Assembly (NCBI GenBank): GCA_039812085.1
Contig: JBDHZU010000003.1
Coordinates: 1-44,968 of the forward strand
DNA length: 44,968 nucleotides
Source of the DNA: Candidatus Nanopelagicales bacterium
Lineage (GTDB): Bacteria; Actinomycetota; Actinomycetes; S36-B12; UBA10799
Direction of reading: 5' to 3'
Part shown: positions 1 to 7,842 of the stretch, in pieces
How positions within the stretch are numbered: the first letter of the stretch is position 1
How the letters are laid out: each line of letters starts with the position of its first letter
The notes under the pieces: generated by a model
What the model was told of the DNA's origin: nothing
Seen by the model: the letters and a program-made list of their open reading frames with translations, nothing else
The model's database searches: none
Made by a program: the position numbers and the translations under genes

Positions 1-1
1 C

Positions 2-481
2 GATCCGGACGAACCCATGGTGGGAGTGGCTGGGTGGACGTTGCCGCGACGAAAGATGATCGCGATGCGCATCCTCGACACCTGGGTCCACGAACAAGAC
101 CTACGCGAAGGCGCTGACCTTCCCGGTGGGCAGGGGACTGACCCGGCCTGGTTCACCGCCGCTCAATTCAGCGCCGGTTTACCAAAGGCATGGGCAAAGA
201 ACGCGAGCGCTCCGACGGGATCAACTGTGCTCTTCGACATCACCGGACCTGGCGTCACCTTTACGACTGCCGCCACCGTCACCGAAGATGGCCGTGGCGC
301 TTTCATTGATCCTGCTGACACCGACGAACCAACCGTCACCATGAAGTACGACTGGATCGGCTTCTCTCGTTTGGCGGCTGGACGCGCAGGTGCCATCGAG
401 ACTGCCCAACTGCACGCAGACCTTTCCGGCGATGCTGACCTGGGCGACAAGCTGCTGCGTGGATTGGCCATGACACCGTGA
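2..481 (+). CDS. Maleylpyruvate isomerase family mycothiol-dependent enzyme (MDMPI/TIGR03083-like), 5'-truncated by the window edge
   Basis: Open frame from the window start. Motif MRILDTWVHEQDLR, followed by an SCP2-like C-terminal region. The stop overlaps the next gene (GTGA). Confidence 0.75.
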   Translation, partial: DPDEPMVGVAGWTLPRRKMIAMRILDTWVHEQDLREGADLPGGQGTDPAWFTAAQFSAGLPKAWAKNASAPTGSTVLFDITGPGVTFTTAATVTEDGRGAFIDPADTDEPTVTMKYDWIGFSRLAAGRAGAIETAQLHADLSGDADLGDKLLRGLAMTP

Positions 482-1944
482 CTCAACCTGAGTCGCTGCA
501 GTGGGGCACAAAACAGGCCCGGTTGGCACTCACCGCAACCATCCTTGGTTCGGGACTGGCATTCCTTGACGGATCGGTCGTATCGGTCGCGTTGCCACAC
601 ATTCAGGCCGACCTTGGCGGGGGCCTGGCAACCGCGCAATGGGCCATGGATGGCTACCTACTCACCCTCGGCTCACTGGTCTTGATCGGTGGTTCGCTGG
701 GCGACCTGCTGGGTAAGCGGCGGATCTTTCTGACCGGTGTCGTGCTCTTTGGGGTGACGAGCGTCCTGTGCGGACTGGCCCCGACCGCCCAACTGTTGAT
801 CGTCGCGCGCATGTTGCAAGGGGTTGCCGCCGCTTTGCTCGTCCCCACCTCACTCGCGTTGCTCAATGCCGTGTTCAGCGGTTCCGATCGCGGAAAAGCC
901 ATCGGAGCATGGTCGGGGCTGTCGGGCATATTTACTGCCGTTGGTCCACCCGTTGGTGGCTTGCTGGTGGATAGCGTTCCGCACGGTTGGCGCTGGGTCT
1001 TTCTCATCAATTTGCCGCTAGTCGTCGCTGCCTACGTGCTGGGTAGATCCGCGATTCCGCCCATCCCAGGCACCCGACAACCAGGGCCACTGCGATCCCA
1101 GATCGACATTGCGGGCGGACTACTTGTCGCTATCGGTCTTGGTCTCATCGTCGGGCCGTTGATTGAAGTGCAGCGACTACCGCGCGCAGTGACGGTGGGA
1201 GCAGTCATCCTCGGGCTCGGTTTGCTCGCTGGATTCGTCGCTCTGGAACGTAAGCGAGAACGAACTGGCAACCCTGACCCGATGGTTCGGATGTCGCTGT
1301 TCAGCATCAGATCATTCACCGTCGCCAATGCCGTGACCTTCGTGGTCTACGGCGGATTACAGGGCATGTTCTTCCTGGTGACGATTGGTCTGCAGCAAGG
1401 TCTGGGGTATTCCGCACTGGCTGCTGGACTGGCCGGCCTACCCGTCACGATCGTGCTCGCCCTATTCAGTTCCCGAGTGGGAGGCGCTGTGAGTCGTTGG
1501 GGCGCGCGGCCCCTACTCACCCTTGGACCACTGATCATGGCTGTTGGCATTCTGATCCTGGCCACTATGGCTATCGGCCAGCCGTACTGGGCATCGGTCT
1601 TCACCGGATTCGTGGTGTTCAGCATCGGCCTGGTTTTGGTCGTCGCGCCTGTCACCACCACAGCACTAGCGGAACTACCCACTGAATACTCCGGAGTCGG
1701 TTCGGGCATTAACAACGCCATCGCGCGAATCGCTGGGCTCATCGCGATCATCCTGCTTCCCCTCATAGCGGGGATGTCTGCCAGCCAAGACCACGCACTG
1801 ACCACCGGAGAAGCATTCTTGTCCGACTATCGACCCGCCATGCTCGCTGCCGCCATCATCTGCGCACTCGGCGGCTTACTCGCTTGGTTCGGCTTCCATC
1901 CCAACGACGGGAAGCTGTCATTAGCTGAGCCATCGACCGACTGA
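478..1944 (+). CDS. DHA2 (14-TM) MFS efflux transporter
   Basis: Motifs LDGSVVSVALP, GSLGDLLGKRR (motif A), ARMLQGV and WRWVFLINLP. About 14 hydrophobic segments. Confidence 0.9.
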   Translation: MTQPESLQWGTKQARLALTATILGSGLAFLDGSVVSVALPHIQADLGGGLATAQWAMDGYLLTLGSLVLIGGSLGDLLGKRRIFLTGVVLFGVTSVLCGLAPTAQLLIVARMLQGVAAALLVPTSLALLNAVFSGSDRGKAIGAWSGLSGIFTAVGPPVGGLLVDSVPHGWRWVFLINLPLVVAAYVLGRSAIPPIPGTRQPGPLRSQIDIAGGLLVAIGLGLIVGPLIEVQRLPRAVTVGAVILGLGLLAGFVALERKRERTGNPDPMVRMSLFSIRSFTVANAVTFVVYGGLQGMFFLVTIGLQQGLGYSALAAGLAGLPVTIVLALFSSRVGGAVSRWGARPLLTLGPLIMAVGILILATMAIGQPYWASVFTGFVVFSIGLVLVVAPVTTTALAELPTEYSGVGSGINNAIARIAGLIAIILLPLIAGMSASQDHALTTGEAFLSDYRPAMLAAAIICALGGLLAWFGFHPNDGKLSLAEPSTD

Positions 1945-1970
1945 AAGCAAAGTGATCGACAACGTCGCCC

Positions 1971-3083
1971 TTACGACGACGGCGTGAGTTCGCAGAGTAG
2001 TTCGATGAGTCGGTCGTTGGACTCTTGCGAACCAACCGTGATGCGTACGCCTTCTCCAGCAAAAGGACGGGTGGCGACGGCATTGCGATCGAGGAAGTTC
2101 ACAAGCTCACCGGTTTGTTCGCCAGTCGTGAGCCAGACAAAATTCGCCTCACTGTCGGCAACCGACCATCCCTGCTGACGAAGACGCTCAACTAATTGGA
2201 TGCGTTGCTCAACAACTGCATCGACTCGAGCGGAGAGTTCGTCCTCGGCTGCCAGGGACGCAACCGCTGCAGCCGAGGCGGCAGCCGTGACTCCGAAAGG
2301 AAGACTCGTTCGACGTAACGCCGCGATGATTGGTGCCGGGCCTAAGCCGTATCCCACACGCAGACCAGCCAAACCGTATGCCTTGGAGAAAGTCCGCAAC
2401 ACCAGCACGTTGTGACGGTTGCGGTATTCGGTCAGTCCATTCACCGCGGAACCATCACGGCAAAACTCAACATATGCCTCGTCCAACACAACAAGGACAT
2501 CGTCCGGAACCCGCTGCATAAATCGCTGGAAATCCGCTGCACTGATCGTGGTGCCCGTGGGGTTGTTGGGCGTACACAACAGCACTACTCGAGTTCGAGC
2601 AGTGAGCGCATCGGCCATTGCATCCAGGTCATGCGTCAAACGATCAGTTAATGGGACGGGGGTGGCTGTGGCCCCAGCAACCGCTGTCACGATGGGGTAC
2701 GCCTCGAACGAACGCCAGGCATAGACGATCTCGTCACCAGGCCCGGTGAAGGTCTGTGCGATTTGGTAGATCAGGGCGACTGCTCCGGTCCCCACGATCA
2801 CCTCGTCGGGATCAGCGTCGTATTTGTGCGCAATCGCGCCAACCAGTTCCGAACTCGTCGGATCGGGATAGCGGTTCATCGATGCGGCGGCCTGAGCGAC
2901 GGCCTCGACCACCGACGGCAACGGCTCATACGGGTTCTCGTTGCTCGACAGTTTGTGACTCGTGACGCCCGCTACTGCACTCGGCGCTTGCCCCGCCTTA
3001 TAGGCAGGAACAGACGTCAATGCTTCTCGCATCGGCACCTGCTCGGCTGCGGCTTGCCGCTGGTCACCACCCGATCGGTTCAC
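1971..3083 (-). CDS. Histidinol-phosphate/aromatic amino acid aminotransferase (HisC/Pat type, class I/II PLP)
   Basis: Motifs KLSSNENP, NRYPD, PNNPTG, DEAYVEF and RTFSKAYGLAGLRVGY (PLP lysine). The start is supported by TACAGT lying 6 nt upstream of the GTG. Confidence 0.9.
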   Translation of the reverse strand: MNRSGGDQRQAAAEQVPMREALTSVPAYKAGQAPSAVAGVTSHKLSSNENPYEPLPSVVEAVAQAAASMNRYPDPTSSELVGAIAHKYDADPDEVIVGTGAVALIYQIAQTFTGPGDEIVYAWRSFEAYPIVTAVAGATATPVPLTDRLTHDLDAMADALTARTRVVLLCTPNNPTGTTISAADFQRFMQRVPDDVLVVLDEAYVEFCRDGSAVNGLTEYRNRHNVLVLRTFSKAYGLAGLRVGYGLGPAPIIAALRRTSLPFGVTAAASAAAVASLAAEDELSARVDAVVEQRIQLVERLRQQGWSVADSEANFVWLTTGEQTGELVNFLDRNAVATRPFAGEGVRITVGSQESNDRLIELLCELTPSS

Positions 3084-3335
3084 CTGGTCACTGTATGCAG
3101 ACCACTGAGATCACACGGTGATCCCCCTGTAACCGGCACCACGCTCTCTATGTCGTAGATGTCCGAATTGCGGACTGTTGAAGGGGGTGTAGACGGGGAA
3201 TCACAACTGTGCGGGCAAGAAAAGAACCCCTCACCCGCTGAAGCTCGAGACCGACGGCGCCCAGCCGCCCGACACCCAAAGTGCCGATCTGAGCCACTCA
3301 ACGACTGATACCGAATAGATCGAAGAGAGAGCATC

Positions 3336-3872
3336 ATGATGAACCTCAACGCACTAGCCCTTCCTGCCGCTGCCGCTGTTGCCGTCGTTGGTATGGGAGT
3401 TGCCACTCCCGCCCACGCACAGGTTTCTGAAATCCAGCGAGTTGGCGTTTCCAGCCTGAACCACGCCACCGGCAACACCGCCGGTGCAAGCGCCATGCAG
3501 CGCCCAGTGGACACCACCAAGACGAGCGCCAAGTTCGGCCAAGCCGGATCGAACTGGTCCTCAGGTCACCACACTGGTCTGGACTTCGTCGCCCCTGTCG
3601 GTGCCAAGGTCTACGCCGCCCAAGCTGGCAAGGTCGTCGAAGCCGGTACCGCTGGTGCCTACGGCAACTCCATCGTGATCGACCACGGCCACGGTCTGAA
3701 GACTCGTTACGCTCACCTGTCCAAGATCGACGTGAAGGTCGGCCAGAAGGTGACCGTTCACCAACTGATCGGCCTGGTGGGTGCCACCGGCAACGTCACC
3801 GGTCCTCACCTGCACTTCGAGGTCATCAAGAAGGGCACGCCCGTTGATCCTCAGAAGTACCTCGTGAACTAA
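3336..3872 (+). CDS. Secreted M23 family metallopeptidase (peptidoglycan hydrolase)
   Basis: Signal peptide ending in AHA. Zinc motifs HTGLD and HLH (TGPHLHFEV), plus YGN and YAHL. Confidence 0.9.
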   Translation: MMNLNALALPAAAAVAVVGMGVATPAHAQVSEIQRVGVSSLNHATGNTAGASAMQRPVDTTKTSAKFGQAGSNWSSGHHTGLDFVAPVGAKVYAAQAGKVVEAGTAGAYGNSIVIDHGHGLKTRYAHLSKIDVKVGQKVTVHQLIGLVGATGNVTGPHLHFEVIKKGTPVDPQKYLVN

Positions 3873-3886
3873 TCACCAGACTTTTC

Positions 3887-3930
3887 ACTGCCGCCAGTCC
3901 GAGTTCGTCTCGGCTGGCGGCGGTTGTCGT
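3887..3930 (+). terminator. Intrinsic terminator after the M23 gene
   Basis: GC-rich inverted repeat actgccgccagtccgag / ctcggctggcggcggt followed by tgtcgtt. Confidence 0.7.
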
Positions 3931-3970
3931 TCCAGCGCGTCAGCTGAGTGAACCTCGATAGCCTCAAACG

Positions 3971-5509
3971 GTGAAACTTCGGACACGAGTCAGGGCGATG
4001 GCTATTGCTGCGCTTGCTGTATTCGTGCTGGCCATCGCAGTGGTCGGATTCCGTTTTACCGAGGCTCGACAAGTGGCACACACTGTGGTGGCCGAACTAC
4101 AACCAGCCGCCGACGATTCTGCGCAACTGCTATTGAGCTTCTCCAACATGGAGCGCGGCGTTCGTACCTACGTTTTGAATGAACAAGCTGGCTCTCTCGG
4201 TGACTACAACCGGGGGGTGCTTTCCTCCGAGGCTCTGCTGGCCGACTTGCGCGAAACGCTGCCGAGCGACCAACCCGCCCTGTTGGCCCGCGTGGATTCC
4301 ACCGCTGCTGCCCGAACGACCTGGATCGACAAAGTCGCCAAGCCAACAATCGCAGCAGTGCGCGCTGGCCGTGCACAAGCCGGTCAAACCCTGCTGGATT
4401 CCGATATGGCAATCAGTGCATTCGCGCTCCTGCAAGCGGAAGGAACCGCGCTGGACTCGGCCATCGATACCCAACGGAATCAGGCCTTCTCCGACCTACA
4501 GACCTTTACCGACAAACTCGCCGTGGCCCTGCTCGTCACCGCGCTGGCCTTCCTCATCCTCATGTTGGTGGGTGCCTGGCTACTGCGACGCTGGGTATTG
4601 AAACCACTGGACGACCTTCGCCGACAACTGCGTAGCGTCGGATCTGAGGGAGACCACGAACGTCCCATCATCGCGTCCGGGCCGCCTGAGCTATACGACG
4701 CAGGGAACGACGCCGAACAGATGCGCCGTCGGCTGGTCGCAGAAATCGACGAGGCACGAATGGCCCGAGAAGGCTTGGAACAAGAGGGGCCTGTGGTCGC
4801 GGCAATCCGGGCGGAGCTCTCCCGACCCGAAGTCGTCCACGCGCCAAACCTCGACATCTTCGGATCGTTGCAACCGGCCGAAGGAGTCCTCGCTGGGGAC
4901 TGGTGGGATGCCGTCACTCTGCCTGATGGCCGAACCTCGATCATCGTGGCCGATATCTCTGGGCATGGCCCACAAGCGGGTATCGCTGGACTCCGACTGA
5001 AGTTGAGTTTGGTCAATGCTCTCAAGGCCGGGATCACCCCGGAAGTAGCCATCCGCGATGCTGCCCGGCTATTCGATGATGCTTTGGAACGGTTCGCCAC
5101 CTGCGCCATCGTCACGATCGATCCGCACGGAACGGTGCAGTGGTGCAACGCCGGACACCTATCGCCGCTCATCCTTTCGTCGCAAGGAACCGTGCGAGAA
5201 CTCGACCTCACCGGACCATTGATCTCCTCCCTGGGCGGGGACTGGATCGGTCAGGAAACGTCGTTTGCAGCAGACGACGTGCTGTTGGTCTTTACCGATG
5301 GGTTGTCCGAAAGTCACGATGCCGGGGGAGTGCAACTCGGCGAAGCCGACTTCGATCATGCCCTCGTTGAGCAAGTCGCCACGAGCGGTGATTCTCCTAG
5401 CGAATTAGTCCCAGCATTACTGGCGAATGCCCGGCGACGATCCGTGGACTGGAAGCGCGATGACGTGACGCTGGTGGCCGCCCGGCTTGCCCCTTCATCA
5501 CCGGCGTAG
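3971..5509 (+). CDS. Membrane sensor PP2C/SpoIIE-type phosphatase (TM-CHASE3-like-TM-HAMP-PP2C)
   Basis: Two TM helices flank an extracellular region containing ERGVRTYVL. HAMP segment KPLDDL..PPEL. PP2C motifs AGDWWD, ADISGHG, NAGH, FTDGLSE and DDVT. Confidence 0.85.
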   Translation: MKLRTRVRAMAIAALAVFVLAIAVVGFRFTEARQVAHTVVAELQPAADDSAQLLLSFSNMERGVRTYVLNEQAGSLGDYNRGVLSSEALLADLRETLPSDQPALLARVDSTAAARTTWIDKVAKPTIAAVRAGRAQAGQTLLDSDMAISAFALLQAEGTALDSAIDTQRNQAFSDLQTFTDKLAVALLVTALAFLILMLVGAWLLRRWVLKPLDDLRRQLRSVGSEGDHERPIIASGPPELYDAGNDAEQMRRRLVAEIDEARMAREGLEQEGPVVAAIRAELSRPEVVHAPNLDIFGSLQPAEGVLAGDWWDAVTLPDGRTSIIVADISGHGPQAGIAGLRLKLSLVNALKAGITPEVAIRDAARLFDDALERFATCAIVTIDPHGTVQWCNAGHLSPLILSSQGTVRELDLTGPLISSLGGDWIGQETSFAADDVLLVFTDGLSESHDAGGVQLGEADFDHALVEQVATSGDSPSELVPALLANARRRSVDWKRDDVTLVAARLAPSSPA

Positions 5510-5607
5510 TAGTCGCACAGGTGTGACGTGGACTGTTCTGCAGTTGCGAGCGCGACGCCAAGGGGTGAGGGTAAAGCGCAGAACGATCATCAACCAAAGG
5601 GATAACC

Positions 5608-6915
5608 ATGCTGAGAGCCGGCGTCGACCTAGGCGGAACAAAGATCCAGACAGTGGTAGTGGACGACCTCAACCGCGAATTGGGAACTGACCGCCGGCCT
5701 ACCCCCACAACCGGCACCCCCGCTGACGTTGCCGATGCGATTTCCGACTCGATTCGAACTGCATGCGCCGACGCCGACATTCATGCCAGTTCATTGGCAG
5801 GAGTCGGGATCGGTTCTCCCGGCCAGATCAACCCGGAGAAGGGCACGGTAGCCAATGCCGGCAACCTCCCGGGTTGGACAGGAATCGCCTATCCATTAGC
5901 CAGTGAAGTGACCAAACGCGTTGGAGTCCCCGCCATCGTCGGCAACGACGTTCAAGTTGCCGTCAACGCGGAGGTTCAGCTTGGGGCTGGTCGAGAGTTC
6001 AATTCATTGCTTGGAGTCTTCTGCGGAACCGGAGTTGGCGGTGGAATCGTCATCGACCGTGAGCTGTGGCTTGGACGAGGTGCCGCCGGTGAAGTCGGAC
6101 ACGTTCTGGTGGAGGCCCATAACGGCGCGCCCTGCAACTGCGGACTTACCGGATGTATGGAGGCGTACGCCGGCCGCGCGTCCATGGAGGCTGAAGCCCG
6201 CAGGCTCAAGAAGAAGAAAAAGAAGAAGGGCCACAAAACTCGACTGTTCAAGATCATGAAAAAGAAAGGTCGCCCCCGATTGACCAGCGGGGTGTGGGCC
6301 AAGGCTTTGGAAGAGAAAGACCCTCTGGCCGAGCACCTGATCAATCGAGCGATTTGGGCACTTGGCGCTGGGATTGGTTCGTCGGTGAACATGCTTGATG
6401 TCGAGGCCGTCATCATCGGTGGCGGTTTGGGAATCAGACTCGGGCAGCCATTCGTGAAGAAGATCGAGAAATCGATGCGACCGCGCTTGATCAAGCCAAA
6501 GTCTCCGCCGAAGGTGCTGCTGGCTGAGCTCGGCGACCTTGGAGGTGCGCTTGGTGCCGCGCTGTTGGCCGAACAAGTCGCCGTTGCCCCTCGCAAGAAC
6601 CCGTCGGATGCGGTCAAGAAGTCCACGGCTAAGCGGTCAGCAGCAGCCATCCCGGCGGCGAAGAAGGCACCCGCCAAGAAAGCTCCGGTGAAGAAGGTAA
6701 CCCCGGCGAAGAAAGCCGCCGCCGCGAAGAAGACGGCGACTCCGGCAAAGAAGACTGCCGCAGCACCTGCGCGCCGGGGAAATACAACGACTCGCAAAGC
6801 GACCGCAAGCTCAGCTACTCGTGCTCGTCAAGCACCTGCACGTAAGGCACCGGCCAAGCAAACGGCATCAACGCGAAAGGCTCCTGCCAAGCGATCGACG
6901 ACGACGGGTCGCTAA
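5608..6915 (+). CDS. ROK family sugar kinase with a C-terminal Lys/Ala/Pro-rich histone-H1-like tail
   Basis: Motifs GVDLGGTK, GIGSPG, GNDV, GTGVGGG and GEVGH..CNCG..GCME. No N-terminal HTH. Tail of about 110 aa with PAKK repeats. Confidence 0.85.
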   Translation: MLRAGVDLGGTKIQTVVVDDLNRELGTDRRPTPTTGTPADVADAISDSIRTACADADIHASSLAGVGIGSPGQINPEKGTVANAGNLPGWTGIAYPLASEVTKRVGVPAIVGNDVQVAVNAEVQLGAGREFNSLLGVFCGTGVGGGIVIDRELWLGRGAAGEVGHVLVEAHNGAPCNCGLTGCMEAYAGRASMEAEARRLKKKKKKKGHKTRLFKIMKKKGRPRLTSGVWAKALEEKDPLAEHLINRAIWALGAGIGSSVNMLDVEAVIIGGGLGIRLGQPFVKKIEKSMRPRLIKPKSPPKVLLAELGDLGGALGAALLAEQVAVAPRKNPSDAVKKSTAKRSAAAIPAAKKAPAKKAPVKKVTPAKKAAAAKKTATPAKKTAAAPARRGNTTTRKATASSATRARQAPARKAPAKQTASTRKAPAKRSTTTGR

Positions 6916-6951
6916 CTTCATCAGGCAAGCGCCAACTACTGCGGAGGATGC

Positions 6952-7842
6952 GTGCGTACTAGTCGATCCGGACGAGTCACTATCGGCCTTATCTGCGTGA
7001 TCAGCGCGATGGGGCTCAGTGCGTGTTCCCATGACGCGGCCGATGTCACCACCGAGTCGTCCAATCCCGCGATTACGGCCAACCCCGCTTTGACAGCGAT
7101 GTTGCCGGAACACATTCGTTCCTCAGGTGAACTGACCATTGCCACCGACCCGACGTATCGGCCAATGGAGTTTGCCGCTGCTGGTGGCGCGTCTATCGAA
7201 GGCGTGGACATTGACCTTGGCAATGCGATTGCTGCGAAGCTTGGCCTCACTCCCAAATGGCAAAGCACCAGCTTTGGTTCGTTGGTGTCCGGGGTTGCCG
7301 CCAATACCTACAACGCGGCCATGTCCAGCATCTCGATCAATCAAGCACGCACCGATGTCGTGAACCTGGTCAGCTACTTCAAAGCCGGTACCTGGTGGGC
7401 AAGCCAGCAGGGCAATCCCAAGCATGTGGACCCGGCACATCCCTGCGGACATACCGTCGCCGTGCAGTCCGCCACCGTTCAGTTGCAGGACCTTAAGAAT
7501 CTGTCCACCTACTGCCCAGCCGACAAACCTCTGACAATTCAGGAACACGAAAGTCAAACAGCAGCGACGAGTGCCGTGATGAACGGAACAGCAGATGCAA
7601 TGCTCGCCGATTCCCCGGTGATCTCGTTCGCCATCACTGACTCACAAGGCACCCTGGAAGGAATCGATCAGCCGACGGCGACCACGCCATACGGGATCGC
7701 GATTGCCAAGAACAAAGACCAGCTCCCGAATGCCGTCCAGCAAGCGGTCAATGAGCTGATCAAGGATGGCACCTACTCCTCGATCCTGGCGAAGTGGAAC
7801 TCCTCGACAGGGGCCATTCCCAAGAGTGAGATCTACCCTTAG
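6952..7842 (+). CDS. Polar amino acid ABC substrate-binding lipoprotein (SBP family 3)
   Basis: Lipobox LSAC. Motifs ATDPTYRPMEF, GVDIDL, SSISI, ADSPV, PYGIAI and DGTY..IL.KW. Confidence 0.85.
   Translation: MRTSRSGRVTIGLICVISAMGLSACSHDAADVTTESSNPAITANPALTAMLPEHIRSSGELTIATDPTYRPMEFAAAGGASIEGVDIDLGNAIAAKLGLTPKWQSTSFGSLVSGVAANTYNAAMSSISINQARTDVVNLVSYFKAGTWWASQQGNPKHVDPAHPCGHTVAVQSATVQLQDLKNLSTYCPADKPLTIQEHESQTAATSAVMNGTADAMLADSPVISFAITDSQGTLEGIDQPTATTPYGIAIAKNKDQLPNAVQQAVNELIKDGTYSSILAKWNSSTGAIPKSEIYP

Noticed and set aside
3150-3335. c-di-AMP (ydaO) riboswitch upstream of the M23 gene
   Set aside because: Only fragments (CGGGGAA, CCCGA) resemble the consensus. The GGGUGAA and CAGCUAAC elements are not found.
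6640-6900. CRISPR or tandem DNA repeat array
   Set aside because: The repeats are codon-level consequences of the PAKKA peptide tail, with no fixed repeat-spacer period.
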